From positions 27,342,001 to 27,406,000 of the forward strand of contig OX597814.1 of NCBI GenBank assembly GCA_951406725.2: DNA of 64,000 bases. The letters run 5' to 3'. Each line of letters begins with the position of its first letter. Positions within the stretch are counted from its first letter, which is position 1. Positions 38,755 to 49,958 of this stretch are shown here, piece after piece. This DNA comes from Octopus vulgaris (Eukaryota). Below the pieces are notes generated by a model. That model ran no database searches and was not told the DNA's origin. It saw only the letters and a list, made by a program, of their open reading frames with translations. Made by a program: the position numbers and the translations under genes.

Positions 38755-39675
38755 GGTGGCGAGCTGGCAGAAACGTTAGCACGCCGGGCGAAATGCGTAG
38801 CCGTATTTCGTCTGCCGCTGCGTTCTGAGTTCAAATTCCGCCGAGGTCGACTTTGCCTTTCATCCTTTCGGGGTCGATTAAATAAGTACCAGTCATGCAC
38901 TGGGGTCGGTATAATCGACTTAACCCGTTTGTCTGTCCTTGTTTGTCCCCTCTGTGTTTAGCCCCTTCTGGGTAGTAAAGAAATAGGTATTTCGTCTGCC
39001 GTTACGTTCTGAGTTCAAATTCCGCCGAGGTCGACTTTACCTTTCATCCTTTCGGGGTCGATAAATTAAGTCACTAGTTACGCACTGAAGTCGATGTAAT
39101 CGATTTATTCCGTTTGTCTGTCCTCTCTGTGTTTAGCCCCTTGTGGGTAGTAAAGAAATAGGTATTTCGTCTGCCGTTACGTTCCGAGTTCAAATTCCGC
39201 CGAGGTCGACTTTGCCTTTCATCCTTTCGGGGTCGATAAATTAAGTACTAGTTACGCACTGAAGTCGATGTAATCGATTTATTCCGTTTGTCTGTCCTCT
39301 CTGTGTTTAGCCCCTTGTGGGTAGTAAAGAAATGGGTATTTCGTCTGCCGTTACGTTCCGAGTTCAAATTCCGCTGAGGTTGACTTTGCCTTTCATCCTT
39401 TCGAGGTCGATAAATTAAGTACCAGTTGCGTACTGGGGTCGATGTAATCGACTTAATCCGTTTGTCTGTCCTTGTTTGTCCCCTCTGTGTTTAGTCCCTT
39501 GTGGGTAGTAAAGAAATGGGTATTTCGTCTGCTGAAATTCCGCCGATGTCGACTTTGCCTTTCATCCTTTTGGGGTCGATAAATTAAGTACCAGCGAAAC
39601 ACTGGAGTCGATGTAATTGACTAGTCCTTTCCCCCAAATTTCAAGCCTTGTCTTTAGTAGAAAGGATTATATTAT
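38755..39675 (+). mobile_element. Family C SINE pentamer (one full head, four fixed junctions, alternative final tail)
   Basis: Junction GG at 38986, 39161, 39335 and 39519; internal units 174-184 bp. Confidence 0.92.
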
Positions 39676-39681
39676 TTTTTA

Positions 39682-39891
39682 AAGCAGCAAACTGGCAGAA
39701 TCGTTAGCACGCCGAACGAAATGCTTAGCGGCATTTCGTCCGTCTTTACGTTCTGATTCAAATTTGGCCGAGGTCCTTTCTGGGTCGATAAAATAAGTAC
39801 CAGTTGAGTACTGGGATCGACGTATTCGACTCATCCCCCTACCCGAAATTGCTGGCTTTGTGCCAAATTTTGAAGTAATAATAATAATTAT

Positions 39892-39922
<31 letters not shown>

Positions 39923-40345
39923 AAGAAGAAGAAGAAGAAGAAGAAGAAGAAGGCGAGGTGGCAGAATCGTTAGAATCCGGGCGAAATGCTTAGCTGTATT
40001 TCGTCTGCCGCTACGTTCTGAGTTCAAATTCCGCCGAGGTCGACTTTGCCTTTCATCCTTTCGGGGTCGATTAAATAAGTACCAGTTACGCACTGGAGTC
40101 GATATAATCGACTTAATCCCTTTGTCAGTCCTTGTTTGTCCCTTCTGTGTTTAGCCCCTTGTTGTGGATAGTAAAGAAATAAGTATTTCGTCTGCTGCTA
40201 CGATTTGAGTTCAAATTCCGCCGAGGTTGACTTTGCCTTTCATCCTTTCGGATCGATAAATTAAGTACCAGTGAAACTAATGGAGTCGATGTAATCGACT
40301 GACCTCTCTCCCCCAAACTATAATAAAAAGGATTATTTTTATTAT
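39682..40345 (+). mobile_element. Family C SINE monomer, (AAG)n tract (39893-39951) and SINE dimer
   Basis: Dimer junction GAAATAAGTATTTC at ~40176-40189. Confidence 0.85.
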
Positions 40346-43150
40346 TAAACATCGCTATTTATAGCCTTAAGTAATTTGGAGTGGTGTCATACTTGACCTA
40401 ATGAACAAGATAATTACGTGTGTGTGTGTTTTGTTATTGTTAGTATTATTATCATTATAATGATGTTGCTGCTTTAACGTGACTTGAAAAATAATGAATT
40501 TCGGAGTTGTACCTGTCTGAAACCTGACTTCTTCACTCAACCATAACAACAACAACAACAACAACCGTGTTATTGATTACAACTCTTTACATGTCACACA
40601 TAGGAAGGTAGCGTAACGAATCCTATATTACGTGTGATGAGGATGAGTGAGAGTTGGGTCTCTCGTGCGTGCGTGCGTATGTGTGTGTGTGTATGCGTAC
40701 TAAATACAGTTTATTTATATATTGTAATGATATTTATGAAACAAGCCACCAAATGTGTATGTACGGAAATATGTCCCAGTATATAAGAATACTCCAGTAT
40801 ATAAGAGTATATTATGTACTCCAATGAAATCTCCAAAGTAAATGGTCAGCTTACAGGTCAAAGGCTATTCGCGCGCGCGTACATTACAAACACACACATA
40901 CATACATATATATAATGCAGTAAGCGCAACACACATTCCAACTAAACGATCGGTGAGCCGTTCGTTAGAGTTCTACGTTTCTTAGAGTACTGTTAATAAA
41001 ACTGCTTTGTTTTCCGTTTGTGTGTATGGGGCTGGATGGGTTATTCCTATCGTCAAATACTGACAATGCGTTTGCATGTTTGAAAGAATCATTATATATA
41101 TATATATAGCATGACTCTCTCTAAGACCACGTTGGTCAAAACAAATAAAGCAACATAATCCGTTTTTCATTCAAAAGAAATGTCAAAGAAAAAAAAAATG
41201 ATAATTAAAGACAAACAAAAGAAATTGCAAAGGCAATTGTGTCAAACAATAAATCTTCATATATCCATTCTTATTTAATGAACCGTCTTCTCCCCCCCCC
41301 CTGCTACACACACGGGTTATGAGAAAGAGGGAGAGAGAGGTTAATTTTTTATAGTCTAGACAAAACAAATGTTATATTACATTTAATTGGAGTTCCTTTT
41401 TCTTTTCTTTTTTTTTTCGTTATAGAAGAAAAAAAATGTAATCCACGGAAAATAAAATAAGAAAAGCAAAGAAAAATAAACGAAACAAAATGAATATATT
41501 TCGTAAGGGTAGTCATGATGAAATGATAACTATTCAATTGGTCCCTTCATGTATATCCATCCCTACACACACAACACACACGCAACATTATAGGAAAAAA
41601 AATATTAGAAAGCACTGGATTGTGTTACCACATGTATTATTAATAAAATCAATAAAAGATAAAAAGCAGTCATGTTTGAATCTATGAATATAAGTTGTTA
41701 TTGTTGTTGTTTGGTCTTGGGTCAGCCTTCATAATCAAAGAATTCCCGTCGCGACCATCCCATCTTTTCAGACACAACCTTCTTTAAGAAAACGGTAAGG
41801 TGTGATTTGAGGGAGATTCGGTCGCTATTTGCAGCAAATCTAAGCAATCACGTAAAGGCTCGTGCATGTAAGTTTATAAACGTGTGTAATAAAAGAAGTA
41901 CATATAAAAGAAAAGTGCAAGTGTGTGTGTTTGCATGTGTGCATGCGCGCGCGTGTACAAACATGCATATAAATCATGACTTTATACATAAACTGACAGC
42001 CAATAAACCCCGCGACACACGCAAACATAACTATTATCACCATCATTGTCACTTCAATCCAGAAAACGAACATAGGTTGAAGTGTGCATACATTATCTCG
42101 TGTACTATATTCAATCAAGATCAGTATAGTAGGTGGGCGGTATGGTTGGCAGATCCAGCAGTACAGTTTATTTATTTCGTGCATATTTAATAAATACTTC
42201 AAAATATCCCATTCATTCATTCATTTGAAAGAACTTCTGTCAACAACAAACCATGCGTATCAATCAGTCTGGCGACACACATGCCATTCACTTCGTCGGT
42301 TACTTACATCTCGTTTTACAGTGCTACTGACACACATAACAAGGATAAGGACAGCAGGAGGTCGAAAGGACGGATGGTGATGAGAGATGGACATACCCTG
42401 TTACACATCGATGAAGAATTTTCGTGTTGGATAAATCTATTCATTTCAATCTGTACCCCTAATCATCACAACGCAACATCAGACATGTCAATAGTAATGA
42501 GAGCCAATTTTATCGTGCCCCTCATAAACACAAAGAAATGATAGACTAATAAGAGAGGGAAGAAAGGAGGGGGGGTCATAACAAAAACATTGACGATAGA
42601 GAAAAAGAGAACCATAACAAAAACAGACAGCAGAGAGCATGGCAGCTTGTCAAAAAGATAGTTTTCGTTCAGGCATGTATTTACTTGCTATCTCTATTTT
42701 CATACAAGCCTTAACTTAGGTCCAGTAGGTAGCAGCCGGCCGGTTCACAACAGAGAAGGAATCTCACGCCAGTCACTCTAATGCAAGCTTACCAACTTAC
42801 CCAGCCTCATCACTCAGCTCCTCGCCGATAGATTAAGCAGGTGAAGTGAGAGAAGGGTGGACAGAAGAAATAAAAAATAAAAAAAGATAAATGACAAACA
42901 GCACCAACATGATATTCTCTGACACTTACTCAATTTCTCTCTCTCTCATTCGCACATGCACACGCTTTCTCTCTCGTTCACTCTTTCTTTTTTCTTTTCT
43001 TTTTTGCTTTTTAGCGAATTAGTAAGATTCAATGAAAAGAAAAGTAACAAAATAAGTTTCACTAATAATTATTTTGTTTTCTAACTTTTTTTTCTTTTCT
43101 TTTTGTAGGGAATATTAATTTGTTCACACTCTTTTCTTTCTGTTACTCAC

Positions 43151-43345
43151 CGAACATTCAGCATCTCTCCAGTCCAAAGATTAGCAGCAGTTACATGATG
43201 CTGTTAATCGTGGGCCAGACTTAATCCTTTGTTCGTTGAATGAATAACAGGCTTTTGTCAACAAGACACATGAGAATTCCCATGTGTGGCTTCCGGTCGA
43301 CGACGTAACGCAAAGCTCGCTCTCTGATTGGTCAATATTGTTAAA
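43151..43345 (-). promoter_or_regulatory. Candidate Pol II promoter and first exon of a minus-strand gene
   Basis: Minus strand: CCAAT (43331-43327), TTACGTCG, ETS-like CCGGAAG, dense CpG cluster, then consensus donor CG|GTGAGT at 43150 followed by purine-rich low-complexity sequence. Confidence 0.5.
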
Positions 43346-45673
43346 AGAGGCCGGTTCAACATGCATATTTATTATAAGACCTATCAGGAAGAAAGCAAGG
43401 TGCTGTGGTGGTATTAAATATTTTTCTCCGTCTCTGATGATGATAATATTTATATGAGCCCGTATACATAATGTTTAAAATATTCTGTCTCTAATAACTT
43501 CGTGATTCGAAAGTAATAAGCATTTTATTTTAATAATCTTATCAGAGATACGTGTATTATTTATAAATCTTTTTCTCTTAATGTTCGGTAAATGTAAATT
43601 ATTACATAATTTTTTCCTTGTTTTCTTATCGTAAAAGGCCCTTTAAGTCGGATCTGTCATCATTCCAATAAATATATACAAGTACATTTGTTATAACCAG
43701 CCCCAACTGAAATATCTTGAGATGTCCCTCTATATATTTTCTGTTTTTTCTCATTGTAATTTGAACACTTCGCTTAATGATACTTCAATTACTGAAGCAA
43801 GATCTTGTTATAAACAACTCGCACACATCAGGCATGTATCGCCAAGCTCTATAACATGCCACATCATCTATGTTTGTGGATTTATACTACAGGATCGTTT
43901 ATAGATTTATATTTTTTCATTATTATTATTATTAACTTTTTTTCTCAATTTTCATTACCACGTTTATATCCAAATATTAACTGGACAAAGTTGTAGGTGA
44001 CCACTGAAAATTGAAGTTATCGATCGATGCTTTAAGTGATTTTAATTTATAATTTATTTACCACACCTGCATTTAATTTAATCATTTATTCCCTTTATAC
44101 TTGGTAGAAGATTTAATAAAATCTTCAACATAGAAATATGCAAAGATTGAATTAAATTATTCTTTCATTATATTTCGGTAGAAATGTTTGAATGATTTTT
44201 GTGACAATCTACCATTTTCAAATTTTTTTTTACATTTATCAATAACTTTTAATTAAACAACTGTGTTGTTTTTTTGTTTTGTTTTGTTTTTCATATTAAC
44301 TTCGCTGTCTGACAGAGAATTCCAATTTTAGATTTTATCTCAATATAAATTTGAATTTTTCGGATAGGAGGATTTATATTAAGAAATGAAAAAGAACTCT
44401 GCACGTCCTAAGATTATGCACTTTGCTTCTTTAAAAGTTTTATTTGACCATATTAAATTTTATAATTTGTTAAAGAAACATTGATTTGATACCTTTCTTT
44501 AAGAAAATATTTAGTTCAGAATTTCCAGCAAGTATAAAACTACTGGTTCTTTTGCAAATTTTAACGCCACTGAAATAGATATTGAGGAATTGAAAAATCA
44601 ATTTCTTATTAGCTTTCAAATTAAGATAAACAAACCAAAACACACATACATATCAGTAGCTGCGTTTTACGTCGGTTTTTTTTTCTATCTGTCATGGGTT
44701 GCATTTTTATGAAGCTACGACAAGATACCTTTTTAGTTGCCACAGGGAAGCAGTGTACCTCTTCTAAAATCAGGATACTCACGGTAATTTTATATATATA
44801 TATATATATATATTTATGCACACACACATATATAGATATATATATATATATACATACATAAACGTGTCGAATAGGTACTCAATTTTTTTTTCTTTCTTTT
44901 TCATAAAATTTCTTTCAAACATTTCTTCGGATTTCTGTTTTGAACAACAGAGATTACGATTCTTCCAGAAAATTTTGAAATTCCATGTTTAAAAATATGG
45001 TGATAATTCTAAAATAAAATTATAAAGACTTCTGCCCCACCCCACCCCATTTTCTCCTAAAGTTGTTTATTTTCTTTTTTTTTTTTGCCAAAAATCCCCG
45101 TTTTCGGATACGGAGGTTCCAGAAAATTTGCCAAAAATCGGCATTGTGAAAATGTTTCCCCCTCCCCACCAACTTCTTCAATTATGACTTTTTTCCCTAA
45201 CCCTGAACCGTAAGTACAGAAATGTTTTGAAATTTTTGTCGGAATCATAATGTCCATTTTTATCCGCATATTTAGAAAAAAAGATTCTTAAAAAATATTT
45301 ACAAAAATTTTTAGAAATTTTTTTCTGAATCACAATCTCCGTATTTTTCTGCATATTTTGCAAAAAAAAAAAAAAATTCTGAAAAAAAATTTTTTTTTTA
45401 AATAGTAAAAATTCTGAAAAAAGTAAATGAAGGGAATGGGGGTGGGAGGGTGGTAATGTAAAAATGCCAATTTTTTTGCAGATTCGTATTCCCCATAGCC
45501 GAAAAGTGGTGTTTGTGTAAAAAAAAAAATAATAATGAATTTTAAAAAGGGTGGTTTTTTTGGTGGGGACGGGCGGAAGTCTTGCCATATCTCACCGTTA
45601 AAAGCAGTGTGTGAGTTTTATGAAAAGTAACAGAATACAAAAAAAAAAAAGAATGAATTTAATACATCTTTAT

Positions 45674-45775
45674 TAGTTACAATTGTTTCAATACCACTCT
45701 GTTTCTAACACCATTGAATATTAATGCTTCCCTGTGAAAAGTTTTGCAATATTGGGGTGACACTTCATCAGACTA
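45674..45775 (-). ncRNA. Type I hammerhead motif with extended stem II
   Basis: TAGT-CTGATGA-AGTGTCAC...GTGGTATT-GAAA-C AATT G-TA-ACTA. Confidence 0.65.
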
Positions 45776-46034
45776 GCATCAAGATGTACTCTTATATTGT
45801 GCAACAGACATATATTTTATGTTGCTTATCTAGCGAGGGAAGGTTACAATAAGTATAAAATAAGAATTAACATGGTTAAAGGAAACATAAAACAAGACAA
45901 TAGTAATAATTATTATAAGAAAATAAATAAGAAGAGGGAGAGTAATATGATGCCTAACAATAATAGTACTCTCAGTGGTACAAAGAGACATATATATATA
46001 ATAGGTTGGTAGGTCAATGGTAAATCATCCCTCC

Positions 46035-46225
46035 TTATACTGCCAGACGAGATGGTGAGGCTGCCAGATGAGATGGTGAAGATGCTGACGACCGCTTTGT
46101 TCAAAGCCTCCCTTGACCTCAAGTGGCCTGAACTCTTTACATGAACACCACCCTGTACTTAACTCCATGTCCCCCTACATGGCCTTGCTATTTGCTTTTG
46201 AGCCAAATTAACTAACTAACTATAC
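46035..46225 (+). mobile_element. CR1/L2-like LINE extreme 3' end
   Basis: LPDEMVKMLTTALFKASLDLKW-like C-terminus with a 21-bp tandem duplication and a (TAAC)n tail. Confidence 0.6.
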
Positions 46226-46740
46226 ATAGGCATGTATGCATGAAGAGATTCAGTATTGCAGAACTGAGCTTGTAGGTTAAAATATTGAGGGATGCAATGA
46301 AAGAGGAGACTGTCATCAAATCTTTCAAGAATATGTATTAGTAATAGCACAGAAGATGAAATGGTTTATGAAGAAGGTGGGAGAATCAATGAAAAATAAT
46401 TTTAAATATTCATAGATGAGGACAGTGAAGTACAATTTTGAAGATCTCCAAGTGACTTTCATTATTTTGACTTTGCTTATCTGAAATTCTAAAACCACAA
46501 TTCCTTTTTCCCATAGATGTGTCTTATAATGCCTATATAGCATAAAAGTTTCAAATGCTGAAAAATGGTCTTTGAATTCAAATATATTCATTTTTATTAT
46601 CAAATTTCCCTCTCAAACTCAAGGTGTGTGTTATGAGCCAGCTATAGCACACACCCAAATGTTGTGTATTTTATATGCATACACACACTCACACACACAC
46701 TATATATCATACTTTATTTAAAGCAGCAGAAAATTCAACA

Positions 46741-46785
46741 AAATCTGTTACTCTGAGTTTCTCATTGCCGTTCATCAGACAGTTT
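46741..46785 (-). ncRNA. Minimal type I hammerhead motif
   Basis: CTGT-CTGATGA-ACGGCAATGA-GAAA-CTC A GAG-TA-ACAG; stem II weakened. Confidence 0.6.
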
Positions 46786-46845
46786 TGTTAGAATGGAACC
46801 GATATATCAATTCAATCCAGACTCTTACAAACGCTACACCTTTAA

Positions 46846-46876
<31 letters not shown>

Positions 46877-47497
46877 CATGTGTATATATATATGTGTGTG
46901 TATATATGTGTGTGTATATGTTTATATATATAAACATGAATAATGGATGGATACTTAAATACAGACTGACATCCACATCTTAAAAACAATAAGAGAAAAG
47001 AACAGAATTATTGAAGAGAGAAACTTCCAGTATTTCAGAACCCTAATTTGGGTTATTTGTTTTCTGAATGACTGTAATCCCTCCAGTTGTTAGATAACAC
47101 TTGAGTTACTAGAACAAAGTTGAGAGCAGTAGTACAACCAAGCAGAACAAGAGATTTCCAAGATTCTCAATCTGAAACTAAACTAGAAATACTGACACAA
47201 TCACTTATTTAAGGATAATAGCAAGGAAATCTTTGGCTTATGCCATGTGTCTAAATCATGACTTTATACATAAACTGACAGCCATGAAACCCTGCGAAAC
47301 ACACAAACATAACTATTATCACCATCATTGTCACTTCAATCCACAAAATGAACATAGGTTGAAGTGTGCATACATTATCTCCTGTACATCATCATGATGA
47401 TTGCTCAAAGTGCTTACACAAAAATATTTCTCATATATTCCATCAGGGCTGAGTTAATCTGTTATAAGAATCCTTTTAGGCAATTTTAAATTTTTAA

Positions 47498-47752
47498 GGC
47501 GTGGCTGTGTGGTAAGAAGCTTGCTTCTCAACCACATGGATCATGGTTCAGTCCCACTGTATGGTGCCTTGGGCAAGTGTCTTCTACTATAGCCTCAGGC
47601 CAACCAAAACCTTGTGAGTGGATTTGGTTGACGGAAACTGAAAGAAGCCCATCGTATATATATTTATGTGTGTGTGTCTGTGTTTGTCCTCCCACCATCA
47701 CTTGACAACCAATGTTGGTGTGTTCACATCCCTGTAACTTAGTGGTTTGGCA
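47498..47752 (+). mobile_element. Family B SINE, 3' truncated and joined to an RTE-type tail
   Basis: Family B head/core followed by CCCATGCAAGCATGGAAAAGTGGACATTAAG. Confidence 0.75.
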
Positions 47753-47994
47753 ACCATGGAAAATCTGCTGCAAACTCTGACCCATGCAAGCATGGAAAAG
47801 TGGACATTAAGTAATGATGATATATATACAGATGTCATGTATAATATATTTAAGAAAAATATTTAGTTTTGCTGTGAAAATAAAACTAGTTAAATCCCAT
47901 GAGCTAACAGGACTTACAAGCTCACAGCATTTATCAATGATTTTATTTTGTAGCTTATGTAGTAGTGTTAAATTAGGTGATAAGATTAGATATA

Positions 47995-48212
47995 TATTTT
48001 TCTTTACTGCCCAGAAGGGACAAACAAGGACAGACAAAGGGATTAAGTCGATTACATCGACCCCAGTGCGAAACTGATACTTTATTTATCGACCTCGAAA
48101 GGATGAAAGGCAAAGTCGACCTCCATGGAATTTGAACTCAGAACATAACGACAGACGAAATACTGCTAAGCATTTCACCCGGTGCGCTAACGTTTCTGCC
48201 AGCTCGCCACCT
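47995..48212 (-). mobile_element. Family C SINE monomer
   Basis: 21-bp TSD TAGGTGATAAGATTAGATATA at 47974-47994 and 48216-48236. Confidence 0.9.
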
Positions 48213-49193
48213 TAATAGGTGATAAGATTAGATATAACATTCAAATGGCTTTCACACATTTTCCATCAACCCAACTGCACTCACAAGGTTTGAGTTGACC
48301 ATGGCTATGGTAGAAAGTGTTTGATCAAGTTGTTGTACAGTAGGATTGATCTTGGAAACACATGATTGCAGAACAAACTTTATCAGTCTGCTATACCCAC
48401 GCTGTAACTGATAAAGACAATGGTAGAACTATTTCAGAGAAACTACTGTAATCCTTTTGAGGGAGAGGATACACACTATCATTCATTATTATGCTCTGTC
48501 ATCATGGTAACTTTCAGCTGAAACTAGATATTTGAGCAGAAAGTGTGAGAGATACAGTGACGGAGAGAGGGGGAGAAAGAGATATTGTGTTTTAAAATTC
48601 AGTAAATTAAACTTGATCATTACATGGGAAGATTAATGAAAGACAATATGTCACATGCTCAAGCAAACAAAGAATAATGAAGAAACACAAGAGCCCTGTT
48701 CTTAAACTGAAAAATTCATTATGTCACAAGCAGTGTCAGCAGTCTTTGGAGACCATTCAGAATTGATTCAAATCATTTGATTCCAAGGAATCGCTGACAT
48801 TTCTGTTTTTAATTTATGCATCACTGAAGGATTATCAACTATTTTCAATCAAGCATAAAGTTTCAAAGCCCAGCTGTGCCTAAAACGTAAACATAAATCA
48901 AATAAAACAGTTGAAAGATTAATTGTTAATTAGAAAGTTTCACTGAATATCCTTAGGCCTGTCTCAATAAAACAAGTTTAGTCTAAATGATTGTATATAT
49001 GTTTGTTTAAGCAGCTAAAATACTCCACTTTGAGTGAATAAATGTATTCCAGCTGTAGCCATCCCATATTTTCCTACCGAACTGAAGTAATAGCTGCAGA
49101 TCAGTACCTCTCAACTTTGTTTCATTATAACTTTCTTAACAATACTGTTTCTTTTTTAAAAAAATGTTTTTGAAAGTGTAAAGTGCAATTACC

Positions 49194-49566
49194 GGATCTT
49201 TTCTACCGGTGTCATATGAAATTATCACCCATAATTATGACCCTAGTATCAATCTATTGCATTTCAATCTATTTTAGGGTTAGGGGTGGGGGAAGGGTAT
49301 CTTTTTTTTCTTCAGAAATGTAAATAAACCCAATCTGTTTCTTAAACGGCACAGAATGTTTTCACCTCAATAGACGTCATTGATTGGTTGAAATTGCAGA
49401 AATTGAAGAAAAAAAACAACAAATATCTTACAAACTATAGAATTTTCTCAATGAAGCCAAGAGAAAAAGATGTTTTATAAACACATTCTACCAGTATACG
49501 AAGTTTAAAAGTGTTTAGTTACGTGGAAATTATTTTTAAAAGCTGCCGTTCAAACCCAAAAGATCC
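49194..49566. mobile_element. GGATCTTTT-terminated DNA element with 8-bp TSD (Merlin-like)
   Basis: TIR GGATCTTTT/AAAAGATCC; TSD CAATTACC on both sides. Confidence 0.85.
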
Positions 49567-49579
49567 CAATTACCTAATT

Positions 49580-49958
49580 TTATATATAAAAGTGAAGTTG
49601 TGTGTCTGTCTCCTACAATTTAGATTCCTAACTACTCCCATATTTTGCGGTGCAGTTTAACAAAAACCGGGTATCTTATAGTCGTGATTCATATCGAGCC
49701 CTTCTGGGTATTAGCGCGCGTCTACGGTTTAAAAAAAAATTTACCATCAATTTTTCCCATTTTTAATGCATTTTGGCATATATAAGGGAAGTAACTCTCT
49801 AAAAATTTATTAAATCTCAACGTAAAAAGCTACAGTAACACCCCCCACCCCCCTTTGTGGTTAGCCATATTGAGATGGCTATTATACTTTACATCTCTAA
49901 AAATGCTTATATAGTTATTTCCCTTACAAACCCGAGCAACGCCGGGCGATACTGCTAG
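49580..49958 (+). mobile_element. Non-autonomous Helitron-like element
   Basis: 5' TATATATAAAA..GTCTGTCT motif; 3' hairpin CCCGAGCAACGCCGGG followed by CTAG|T. Confidence 0.75.

Noticed and set aside
41538-43245. Partial matches to miR-133 (41540) and miR-375 (43228) 5' ends
   Set aside because: Only ~8-10 nt match, divergent 3' halves and no precursor hairpin
44860-45610. Unusual homopolymer-rich segment with ORFs up to 136 aa
   Set aside because: Inflated homopolymer runs look like unpolished long-read sequence; no interpretable motif
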